From NCBI GenBank assembly GCA_964514585.1, contig CAZETU010000001.1:289409-344001 (forward strand): a stretch of DNA of 54,593 nt, read 5' to 3'. The position numbers and the translations under genes are program-made. Position 1 is the stretch's first letter, and every line of letters starts with the position of its first letter. The notes beneath the pieces are model-generated. The model was not told where the DNA came from, did no database searches, and saw only the letters and a program-made list of their open reading frames with translations. Of this stretch, positions 18,649 through 27,105 are shown piece after piece. The DNA is from Candidatus Woesearchaeota archaeon. GTDB taxonomy: Archaea; Nanobdellota; Nanobdellia; Pacearchaeales; GW2011-AR1.

Positions 18649-19482
18649 TCAATTAAACACAAACTCACTCCGCCCAAAAATAATCTCCTCACTCCCTCTC
18701 TTGTAAATCCCAACAAAATCTTCCCCACAAAACAAAGCAAAAACATCCCCATTCTTCAAATCATCCCCACCTTCAACATTAGAACTATACAAAGGCTTCC
18801 CCGTATGAAGCGACTTAATAGCAGACTTATCAACCTGGGCAACAGGCAAAACCTTCTTTATAGCATCCTCAGCCCGAACAACCATCCCCTTCAACAAACT
18901 CCCATCTCCACTCTTATACAAATCAACCGCTTTCTCAAAATCATACAAACTAACAATACTACCCTCATCAAAAATCCCAGCTTCACCTCTTCGTAACTCC
19001 CCCATATGCGCCCCGCCAATCATCTCGCCCAAATCACTACAAATCTTCCGAATATACGTCCCACCTTCAACCTTACACTCAAACAAAAAATCCCGCTTAG
19101 TATCCCCAGCCTCCAAAAATTTAAAACTATAAACAGTCCTCTCCCTCTCCTCCCTCTTAACAGCACTCCTATGCGGCGGCGTCTGCTTAATCTTCCCAAC
19201 AAAATTATCATCAATCAACTTCTGCAACTCCGTCATATTCTGATCCTTATGCGTATGCAAAACCCCAACATAACTCTTATCATGTTTAATAAAATATCCA
19301 GCCAACTTACAAGCCCGCCCAAGCGTAATCGGCAAAACCCCAGTCACCTTAGGATCCAACGTCCCCATATGCGAAGTCTTCTTCAGCCCCAACTTCCGCC
19401 GAACAAACTCACTAACAGAATAAGACGTAGGCCCAGCCGGCTTATCAATATTAATCAAACCAAAATTCAAAAGGTCTTCCAT
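18649..19482 (-). CDS. cbf5: RNA-guided pseudouridine synthase Cbf5/TruB family
   Basis: 'IDKPAGPTS', 'HMGTLDPKVTG', 'GTYIRKIC', C-terminal PUA-like region. Confidence 0.9.
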   Translation of the reverse strand: MEDLLNFGLINIDKPAGPTSYSVSEFVRRKLGLKKTSHMGTLDPKVTGVLPITLGRACKLAGYFIKHDKSYVGVLHTHKDQNMTELQKLIDDNFVGKIKQTPPHRSAVKREERERTVYSFKFLEAGDTKRDFLFECKVEGGTYIRKICSDLGEMIGGAHMGELRRGEAGIFDEGSIVSLYDFEKAVDLYKSGDGSLLKGMVVRAEDAIKKVLPVAQVDKSAIKSLHTGKPLYSSNVEGGDDLKNGDVFALFCGEDFVGIYKRGSEEIIFGRSEFVFN

Positions 19483-19565
19483 AACTAGAATCATCAAATT
19501 GGGTTTTTATATCTAATCTTCACCTATGTAAAAGATTTTAAATAGCAAAGTTTCTTTCACTACGT

Positions 19566-20087
19566 ATGCGGATTTCAATAAAAAGAGAAATATTTGTAAT
19601 AGCGAGTTTGATTTTAATATTTAATTCATTATATTTTGTTTTAGCTCAAGATACAATCCCCATAGAAACTGTGAATAGGACGTTGCTTAAAATGAGGCAA
19701 TTTAATATTGAAAATATATTACCTTTATCAATTCTACTAGTTTTTATTGCAATTGGTATTGTGTTATTAATTCGTTCAAAAAGTATAAAATCCAAATCTC
19801 TAAAGACATCGATAATTCTCCCTTTAATTTTTTGGATTATGGGATTAGTTCACTTGGTTGGTTCCATGTTTAGTTCATATCTTACCGGAGGGGTATTATT
19901 AGACTTTGGAGCATTCCTTATGTATTTTTGGCTTCTTTTTGCACCTATAATTTTAGTATCAATTGGTTTTTCAATATTTGCTCTAGTAAAACTTCAAGAA
20001 AAAAAGATATCCACTACAAATTTAATTTTGAATATTATATATTTAATAATTTGGATTATATTTGTAAGCACTGTTAGAATGGGATAA
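19566..20087 (+). CDS. multi-pass membrane hypothetical protein
   Basis: 173 aa with about 5 hydrophobic segments; AT-rich with T-ending codons unlike its neighbours. Confidence 0.7.
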   Translation: MRISIKREIFVIASLILIFNSLYFVLAQDTIPIETVNRTLLKMRQFNIENILPLSILLVFIAIGIVLLIRSKSIKSKSLKTSIILPLIFWIMGLVHLVGSMFSSYLTGGVLLDFGAFLMYFWLLFAPIILVSIGFSIFALVKLQEKKISTTNLILNIIYLIIWIIFVSTVRMG

Positions 20088-20098
20088 ATTCATTAAAA

Positions 20099-20659
20099 CT
20101 AACTCTTTCCCCGCCGAAAACACCCAGCCTCGTGGTCATCAACTATCCCCACAGCCTGCATAAACGCATAAATAATAGTCGACCCAACAAAGCTCATTCC
20201 CCGCTTCCTCAAATCCCGCGAAATCTCATCCGACAAATCACTCGTCGCCAGCACGTCCCTCCAAGTTTCAAAATTATTCTTAACAGACCTCCCATCAACA
20301 AACCCCCAAATATAATTATCAAAACTCCCAAACTCATTCCTTATCTCAATAAAAATCTTAGCATTATTAATCGCCGACCTAATCTTCAACCGATTACGAA
20401 CTATTCCCTCATCCCCCATTAACTCCTCAATCTTCTCATCCCCATACAAAGCAACTTTCTCAAAATCAAACCCATCAAACGCCGCCCGATAATTTTCCCT
20501 CTTCTTCAAAATCGTCGACCAAGAAAGCCCAGCCTGCGCCCCCTCCAAAATCAACATCTCAAACAACCGAACATCATCATGCACAGGCACACCCCACTCC
20601 TCATCATGATACCTAACATACAACTCATTCCCAACTGGAACCCATTCACAACGCTTCAT
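20099..20659 (-). CDS. tag: DNA-3-methyladenine glycosylase I
   Basis: 'RCEW', 'YHDEEWG', 'EGAQAGLSW', 'IVRNRLKI', 'DDH..C'. Confidence 0.95.
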   Translation of the reverse strand: MKRCEWVPVGNELYVRYHDEEWGVPVHDDVRLFEMLILEGAQAGLSWSTILKKRENYRAAFDGFDFEKVALYGDEKIEELMGDEGIVRNRLKIRSAINNAKIFIEIRNEFGSFDNYIWGFVDGRSVKNNFETWRDVLATSDLSDEISRDLRKRGMSFVGSTIIYAFMQAVGIVDDHEAGCFRRGKS

Positions 20660-20689
20660 TCTAATCTAAAAGAAACCTAAATTATAAAT

Positions 20690-21499
20690 CTATTTTTTAA
20701 GAGATTTCCTAACAGGAGCAGTCTTCTTCAAATGAGCACCCTGAGCAGTATGCTTCTGAGTCTTAACCGCAGCAGCCTCAACCTTAGCCGATTTCTCAGC
20801 CCCAGACTTAGCATCCTCTTTCTCTTCAACCTTATCAGCAACGCCATCCTTATCTTTATCGGCATCTTCCTTCTCTTTTCCCTTCTTTGGCATCTTAGTC
20901 TTAACCTTAGCATCCGCACTCTTCTTCTTTTCATCCCGCGCCATAATAAATTTAACAGCCTCAGGAATCTCAGCTAACTCAACATAAACAACCCCATCAA
21001 TCTTCTTCGCCTTAACCTTAACCTTATTCATCGGCTTCTTAATCCCTCGAAACCAAATCTCATTATTCAAATACCGATCAATCTTAACCTTCCGAACATC
21101 CCTATCCTCAACCTTCATATGACGAACCAAAAACTCCCGAATAACCTTAACAGCCCTCTTCGCCCTCTTGTACTGTGGAACTTTCAAAACGCCTTTCTTC
21201 AAAGGAATAACATACTCCCTCTCAAGCTCAACCTTCCCCTCAACTTTCTTATCCTTCTTTGAAACCTTGGCAACAGCCGGCTCAGATTTTTTATCATTAG
21301 ATTTTTCTTCCTTAACATCTTCTTTCTTTTCCTCAGCCTTTGTCTCTTCAACTTTAGTTTCTTCAACCTTATCCTCAACAACAACCTCACCATTAGCCTC
21401 GGCAACAGCTTTCTTATTCTCAGGAGTCTCCTTAATATCATCAAGTTTCTTAACTTCTTTTTTCTCTTCCACCTTAATCTCAATCTTCTCGTCTACCAT
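20690..21499 (-). CDS. rpl31e: 50S ribosomal protein eL31 with long charged N- and C-terminal extensions
   Basis: core 'EREYVIPL...YKRAKRAV..IREFL.RHMK...LNNEIW.RG'. Confidence 0.9.
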   Translation of the reverse strand: MVDEKIEIKVEEKKEVKKLDDIKETPENKKAVAEANGEVVVEDKVEETKVEETKAEEKKEDVKEEKSNDKKSEPAVAKVSKKDKKVEGKVELEREYVIPLKKGVLKVPQYKRAKRAVKVIREFLVRHMKVEDRDVRKVKIDRYLNNEIWFRGIKKPMNKVKVKAKKIDGVVYVELAEIPEAVKFIMARDEKKKSADAKVKTKMPKKGKEKEDADKDKDGVADKVEEKEDAKSGAEKSAKVEAAAVKTQKHTAQGAHLKKTAPVRKSLKK

Positions 21500-21693
21500 T
21501 ATCCTAAATACTTCTTAGCGGTCTTTCGCGGTTTAATTTTCAACTTACTTCTCGACCAACTTCTCTTAACGTGAGTAATACTCGAAGGATGAACTTTCTT
21601 CCCCTTTCCAAACTTTTTCAAAACCGTCCAAAACGGCGCCCACTTAGTCTGCCTCTTAGCTCTATCCAAATGCCTCTTCTTGCTACTCGCCAT
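21499..21693 (-). CDS. rpl39e: 50S ribosomal protein eL39
   Basis: 64 aa 'KKRHLDRAKRQTKWAPFW...H.KRSW.R.KLK', located between eS19 and eL31. Confidence 0.88.
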   Translation of the reverse strand: MASSKKRHLDRAKRQTKWAPFWTVLKKFGKGKKVHPSSITHVKRSWSRSKLKIKPRKTAKKYLG

Positions 21694-21703
21694 CTTTGAC
21701 TTT

Positions 21704-22282
21704 CTACTCGCCATCTTCAGCCTCCTTAACTTCCTCTTCAACTTCAGGGTCAGCAGGGCCATTCTCTGGGGACTCAACAATCTCTTCACCAGTTTCCTCA
21801 TCAGTATTCTCTTGGGTAATCTCCATTGGCTTAGTTGCAATCTCTTCAAAATTCAAACCTACCTTCTCCTCAACTTCAATAGAATCCAAAAGATCTCGAC
21901 CCTTAGCAGTCAACCTTCGACCATGTTGCATCCGACTCACTTTCTCAACCAAACCAGCAGCCTCAGCCTGTTGCAAAATCATTCGAATAACCTTGCCTCC
22001 AGCTTTCATAAATTTATCAGGCCTTCCACCTCTATTCTTCCTAGAACCATAACGCGTCCGAAGCTTTCCAACACCAACGACCCCCTTGATATATAATTGT
22101 CTCAAAATCGAAGCAGCCCGAGTATACCAAAAATCATTCAACATAGGAGGTCTCTCTCGAGAAACACCAGTCTTAACATAAGCCGCCCACTCTGGAACCT
22201 CAAACTCAGAAACACTCTTCAAAGCCTCAGCCAAAGCTGGAATAAACTTCACAGGGTCTTTCATAAATATTGTTTTCGCCAT
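21704..22282 (-). CDS. rps19e: 30S ribosomal protein eS19 with acidic C-terminal tail
   Basis: 'PEWAAYVKTG', 'WYTRAASILR', 'QQAEAAGLVEK', 'GRRLT'. Confidence 0.95.
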   Translation of the reverse strand: MAKTIFMKDPVKFIPALAEALKSVSEFEVPEWAAYVKTGVSRERPPMLNDFWYTRAASILRQLYIKGVVGVGKLRTRYGSRKNRGGRPDKFMKAGGKVIRMILQQAEAAGLVEKVSRMQHGRRLTAKGRDLLDSIEVEEKVGLNFEEIATKPMEITQENTDEETGEEIVESPENGPADPEVEEEVKEAEDGE

Positions 22283-22335
22283 ATTCGTATTCAGGCTCTT
22301 CTTTCGAAGATAGACAAGCCGCAGCCCGTTAACCT
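22283..22335 (-). promoter_or_regulatory. candidate structured 5' leader of the eS19-eL39-eL31 operon
   Basis: UCUUC-GAAA-GAAGA GNRA hairpin (22297-22310); TATA box at 22357-22364, about 75 nt from the ATG. Confidence 0.4.
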
Positions 22336-22423
22336 AATATTCAATCAAAAATTCACTTTATAAAACTTTGGTATGAATTCCGTATCAAACAAAAGTAGTA
22401 AAAAGAAAAATTTATAAACCAAC

Positions 22424-22446
22424 TTTATACATAAATTATGTATAAA
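22424..22446. promoter_or_regulatory. perfect inverted repeat (candidate operator) upstream of the DUF2080-like gene
   Basis: TTTATACATA-AAT-TATGTATAAA. Confidence 0.45.
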
Positions 22447-22465
22447 CTATAAAGTAGTAACTAAA

Positions 22466-22621
22466 ATGAAAGAAAAAACAGAATTCACCATTACTAAAAA
22501 AATTGCAAAACATGGTAGTCAAGCAATCATAGTTATACCAAGAGTTCTAGAATCCCGTCTAAAACCAGGAACAATAGCCGAAATAAAAATAAATATTTTA
22601 GAGGAAAAACAAGATGATTAA
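22466..22621 (+). CDS. DUF2080-like / AbrB-fold small DNA-binding protein (51 aa), not in the ORF track
   Basis: MKEKTEFTITKKIAKHGSQAIIVIPRVLESRLKPGTIAEIKINILEEKQDD*; 'K.AKHG.QA.IVIP' is the swapped-hairpin signature. Confidence 0.75.
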   Translation: MKEKTEFTITKKIAKHGSQAIIVIPRVLESRLKPGTIAEIKINILEEKQDD

Positions 22622-24584
22622 TGCGGTCAGACCAAGGCAAAATCAAAATCTAGAGGAGCTTCTAAGAGATATCCAAGAAACCTGTGTTGGAAGAATCGAA
22701 GATGTAAGTGTATTCAAACAAGGAAATAATCACGCAGGAACAAAAGCTATCTTTAAGGGAACAGATGGAGGCAGAGAAGTTATTCTTGCAACAGTAGGAA
22801 GAAACTTGAGGGGAGTAGGAGAAAAAGTTGCTAATTCGGGGTATGGCTTAGAAAATGAAGTAAAAATTGGCAAAGATTTTGGGTTAGTTGAAGCATATGA
22901 AAATCATCTAGCAATTGCCAATGAAACATTTGAAACAAATGGTGGAGAATTGGTGGCAGTTTCTCCAAGAATAGAGGGTGTTTGTTTAGCAGATTATGTA
23001 TCAACAAATAAATTTAATCAAAAAGATTTCAGAACTTTTTTCGGACAAGCAATATCAACGCAAAAATTTATGAAAGAAAAAGATGTTTGTCACAGAGATT
23101 TAAGCCCATATAATTTATTGGTTAAGAAAAATGGAACAATGGAGGCATGGACAACCGATTTAGGTAGTGCATGCAAAACAGCTGAAGCGAGGGCAGAAAC
23201 ACTTCACACCAGAGGTGCAAGAACAGTTAGAGACCCAAGATTATTTTTTAACAACTCAACATATTCAGACAGACAAGAGGTTTACGCGTTAGCGCAAAAT
23301 ATGTTAGTAGCTTTAAATGGAGAGCCAGCAGTCAAATATGATTCATGCAATTTCAAAGATTGGAACTCAAAACTTCATGATAAAAAAATTAAACAGGCAG
23401 TAAAAAAAATGCCAAGATGGGCAAGAAAAAGATATAAAAAATTAATATACAAAGCAATGAGTTCCGAAGGGGGATGTTCTATAGAGGAATTCCAAAGAGA
23501 TTTTCAAAAGGTCAGTAGGGTAGGAATTCTCGAAACCACAAAGAGAAAAGTATTGGCAGGTACTCTTGCTGGAGCAATTACTCTCGCAGGACTGGGGATA
23601 AATGAAGCAAGTAATCATTATCAAAACAACCTAGAACAAGCAGTTAATCAAGCATCTCTTTACCCTGTAACCACAAATCATCTAGGAGAAAATACGGAAA
23701 TAATAAATAATCTCATAGGCTTAGATTTAAGAATATCAACAAAGCCAGGATATGAAAGATTATATAGCAAAAACAAAACCCCAGAGTTTATCAAATTAAA
23801 GCAAGGTCAAACGATAAGAGTTTTGCCTTATCTTGAAGAAAAACCTCGACCCGAAATAGCCCATTTAGCATTACCAAGCTTTAAGGTAAGAGTCTATTTT
23901 GAGGGGTATCCAGCAAAAGAATTCCATACTCCATCAATTTGCTCAGATCCATATGTATACGAAATGGGAGGTCCAATCCCAAGAGAAGAAGATATAACTG
24001 TTCCAAAAGAAATGAGAGACGGGTGTTATCAGTTGGTGACCGAAGTTTATGCGCACACAAAAAAAAACAAAGTAAATATGCACGATGCCACAGAAGGTAT
24101 GATATATGAAAGTCCAGGAAGAGCAATAATTAGAAAGCCAATAAATGTTGTCGTAGGAGACCCAAAAGATTATCTTTTTGTTAATTACTTTAGAGGAGAG
24201 TACTCTCCTTCAATAGATTTAAGAAATTTAAGAAAAGTTCCAAGAGAGCAAGACCCAAATTTTACTTCAACTAAAAGAGTAGAAGAGGGAACTACTGCAG
24301 AAGCATCATTCCCAGGAATGGGGTATAACCCAGGTCAAAAAGAAATAAGAGGTCTGGGTGATCATTTCCAATGGGCAAGATTCCCAAAAATGACAGACAC
24401 CAAAGAAAAGATAATGCAGGTTGTAACAAGACAAGATGGCAAAGTTACAGGTTACCAATATATTCCAGTCAAAGGAGAAAAAATAGGAAATTCATATTGG
24501 ATGCAAGCTTCCCGCCCAGGTCCAGACTTCTCAGATAAAATAGTCGAACTAAGAAAACAACTCTATGAAGAATCAGGCGATTAA
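22614..24584 (+). CDS. protein kinase-like domain + single TM segment + C-terminal extracellular domain
   Basis: HRDLSPYN catalytic loop, DLG in place of DFG, 'EVYALA'; hydrophobic 'VLAGTLAGAITLAGLGI'. Confidence 0.75.
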   Translation: MINAVRPRQNQNLEELLRDIQETCVGRIEDVSVFKQGNNHAGTKAIFKGTDGGREVILATVGRNLRGVGEKVANSGYGLENEVKIGKDFGLVEAYENHLAIANETFETNGGELVAVSPRIEGVCLADYVSTNKFNQKDFRTFFGQAISTQKFMKEKDVCHRDLSPYNLLVKKNGTMEAWTTDLGSACKTAEARAETLHTRGARTVRDPRLFFNNSTYSDRQEVYALAQNMLVALNGEPAVKYDSCNFKDWNSKLHDKKIKQAVKKMPRWARKRYKKLIYKAMSSEGGCSIEEFQRDFQKVSRVGILETTKRKVLAGTLAGAITLAGLGINEASNHYQNNLEQAVNQASLYPVTTNHLGENTEIINNLIGLDLRISTKPGYERLYSKNKTPEFIKLKQGQTIRVLPYLEEKPRPEIAHLALPSFKVRVYFEGYPAKEFHTPSICSDPYVYEMGGPIPREEDITVPKEMRDGCYQLVTEVYAHTKKNKVNMHDATEGMIYESPGRAIIRKPINVVVGDPKDYLFVNYFRGEYSPSIDLRNLRKVPREQDPNFTSTKRVEEGTTAEASFPGMGYNPGQKEIRGLGDHFQWARFPKMTDTKEKIMQVVTRQDGKVTGYQYIPVKGEKIGNSYWMQASRPGPDFSDKIVELRKQLYEESGD

Positions 24585-25466
24585 TCCAGTCAGAGGAGAA
24601 ACTCCCTGATAAAATTGCCTTATAGAAGACATAATTCTATAAACAATTATATTCTCCTTGCCACTCGTTTTTTCAATCAAAGAATATGCTTTGCCCAAAA
24701 TTAAATCTTTTTCAAGTTTATGAATTTCACCAAGGTTCTCAATTTTTTTATTTTTATAAGAATCAATCAATAATATAAATATTTTTTCACAACCATTCAA
24801 AAGTTCAACCGTTTTCTTATTCACTTTAACATTGTCAATTATCTTATTTAGATAATACAAATCTCTATACCCCCTAATTATAGAAGACAAAAAGGCCCAA
24901 AACATTTCAGAATTTTTCTCAAGAAACTTTCTTTTAATAATTATCCTCCTACAAAAATTATCATATTTCTGTATTAAACTAGACAAATCTTCGTAATCTT
25001 CTTTAGTCCCATCCAATCTCTTTTTTGTCACTGAAAACATTTCCTCTATATTCATAAATATTTTATCTAATATATTTTCAAATTGTTCACCCGAAGGCTC
25101 AGTCACATTTTCAACAATGCAAAAATTCCCTTTTTTATTTATTATCTCAAACCCAATAAGACGCGTATCAACAACCTCTTTCATTATCACAAATTGTTGA
25201 GTATTCTCAAACTCAACTTTTATTTTATCGTATCCTAAACGATAGGTATTTGTTATCATTGTTCTAATTGAGGATTCAGTAAGCCCAGTTAATTTTATTG
25301 AAGTCTCAGTTTTAATTTCTTTTGAAGAAGTAGAGACAAGAAGCCCCTCTTTCAATTCTTCAAGATTAATTTCACTTCCCTTATCAAGACCATTTAATCT
25401 AACCCACTTTGAGGGCAGAGATATCATCATTGTTGCAGTTCCCTGTTTTACTAATTTACGTCTCAT
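24573..25466 (-). CDS. AbrB-domain / PhoU-like phosphate-uptake regulator family protein
   Basis: 'RKLVKQG.ATMMISLPSKWV...LDKGSEI' AbrB domain; 'YRLGYD.I.V' followed by a helical PhoU-like region. Confidence 0.8.
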   Translation of the reverse strand: MRRKLVKQGTATMMISLPSKWVRLNGLDKGSEINLEELKEGLLVSTSSKEIKTETSIKLTGLTESSIRTMITNTYRLGYDKIKVEFENTQQFVIMKEVVDTRLIGFEIINKKGNFCIVENVTEPSGEQFENILDKIFMNIEEMFSVTKKRLDGTKEDYEDLSSLIQKYDNFCRRIIIKRKFLEKNSEMFWAFLSSIIRGYRDLYYLNKIIDNVKVNKKTVELLNGCEKIFILLIDSYKNKKIENLGEIHKLEKDLILGKAYSLIEKTSGKENIIVYRIMSSIRQFYQGVSPLTGLIA

Positions 25467-25582
25467 GTAACAACAAGTAGATTCATTTTTATAAACTTTT
25501 CTAAAATATATATAGATTTAAATTAATATATATAGTTTAATAAAAAAGTTTATATTAAGATTTAAACAGTAACTACTGTACA

Positions 25583-26767
25583 ATGAAACATAAAAAAATG
25601 TCACTATGTAAAAGCGTATTAGTAAGCGGAGCAACAGTAGTTACAGGATTAGCAAACTTAGTTAGCGGAGCAAATTCTGGTACATTATCCAACCCAGTGA
25701 CGATACAAAACGCTCTAAAAAACGATTACTCATTGAGAACTAGAATTGAGCAAACAGAAGCAGAAGACACACACTTAACAAAAACTACATTTGGTATGGC
25801 TCCATGGCAGGATGGACATAGTAGATTCAAGGAAGTTTTCAGAAGCTATCATTACGACGGGAAACAAAACGGTTCCAATGTCGATTGGGACACATATGGA
25901 TTAATAATTCCAAAATTCAATAACGGAGGTTTGGAACATTCAATTAGCGTCTTCGGAGAAACTGGAGACAGAGAGGGTATGGGAATGGAAGCCATAACAA
26001 GTTTCGGGAAATTAGATTTATATCTAAACGCAGAAAAAAGTTCATCAAATGACGCGAGAAGACTAGGTTTTAGATTCGAGCATAATTATGGAGGAACCTT
26101 TAATCTCGGAGCAGGTTTTGATGAAGTAGAAACCGTAGGGGGTAAAACGAATTATTGGAGCGGTAAGGTAGTTTGGAACATGGATGAAAACCATCAATTA
26201 GGAGGAGCTCTAAGATTATCAGATAACGACACCGGAACAAATAGAGCCGTAGGCTATGTTATGAGACATGGGAAGGATATCAGTTGGGGAAATAGAAGTT
26301 TTATTGTTTATGACCAAAAAGAGGATTTCGAAAATATTTGGTTTAGAAGTACATTTGCACAGAACCCAACATTTAGTAGAAATGGAAGTGGTCCAGCATT
26401 CGTAGGAACAAATCAAGGATATATTGTAAGTCCACACGTGGTAAATTCGCCAGTAACGACAATAGAACCCCCTAGCACAGTCGAAAGATCAAGTAACGGA
26501 GCCGCTCTAAGAATTGGTGGCAATATTTCTAACACAGATGGTTTAAGAAAAGGTCACATAGGAACCGAAGTTGGTTATCAATTCGGAGGAAATTTCGGTG
26601 TATATGGCTATTCAAATAATGGGATAGGCGGAGTCGAAGATTCATATGGAGTTCATGCCGTAGCAAGATTAGGAAAGTATGTAAAACTTGAAGTTGATCA
26701 TGATTTTAAAGGTGAAGATACATGGGCAAGTGCAAGTATGTGTATTCCATTAGGAAAGAAAGAATAA
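25583..26767 (+). CDS. secreted protein with predicted beta-barrel (porin-like) pattern
   Basis: N-terminal signal-peptide-like segment, no TM helix after it, about 18-19 short alternating Gly/aromatic-rich strands. Confidence 0.65.
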   Translation: MKHKKMSLCKSVLVSGATVVTGLANLVSGANSGTLSNPVTIQNALKNDYSLRTRIEQTEAEDTHLTKTTFGMAPWQDGHSRFKEVFRSYHYDGKQNGSNVDWDTYGLIIPKFNNGGLEHSISVFGETGDREGMGMEAITSFGKLDLYLNAEKSSSNDARRLGFRFEHNYGGTFNLGAGFDEVETVGGKTNYWSGKVVWNMDENHQLGGALRLSDNDTGTNRAVGYVMRHGKDISWGNRSFIVYDQKEDFENIWFRSTFAQNPTFSRNGSGPAFVGTNQGYIVSPHVVNSPVTTIEPPSTVERSSNGAALRIGGNISNTDGLRKGHIGTEVGYQFGGNFGVYGYSNNGIGGVEDSYGVHAVARLGKYVKLEVDHDFKGEDTWASASMCIPLGKKE

Positions 26768-27013
26768 TTACCTTTGTGCCTTCCGATACTTAACAACCGT
26801 CAAAACATAACCAACCAACTTATAATCATACTTCTTTCCCAATGCCTCAATCAAGTCCCGACCAATCTTTTCAGCATCCTTCTTATCTCGACAAGCCGAC
26901 TTCAAAATCGAAATCTTAACCAAAGTCTCCTTCTCAAAAATAGATTTAACCTGATCAACAAACGCAGCCGTCAGGCCATTCTTCCCAATCTGCAATCTCT
27001 TAATCTGTTTCAT
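26768..27013 (-). CDS. YhbY/CRM-domain RNA-binding protein
   Basis: 'LQIGKNGLT..F...V...FEKETLVKISILK'. Confidence 0.85.
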   Translation of the reverse strand: MKQIKRLQIGKNGLTAAFVDQVKSIFEKETLVKISILKSACRDKKDAEKIGRDLIEALGKKYDYKLVGYVLTVVKYRKAQR

Positions 27014-27105
27014 AATAAAAAAAGACAACATAAGATTATAAAGCTTTAGCAGACAAGTTAACACAGATACCAAACTAATATAAATCAAAATTTCGTATTC
27101 ATAAA

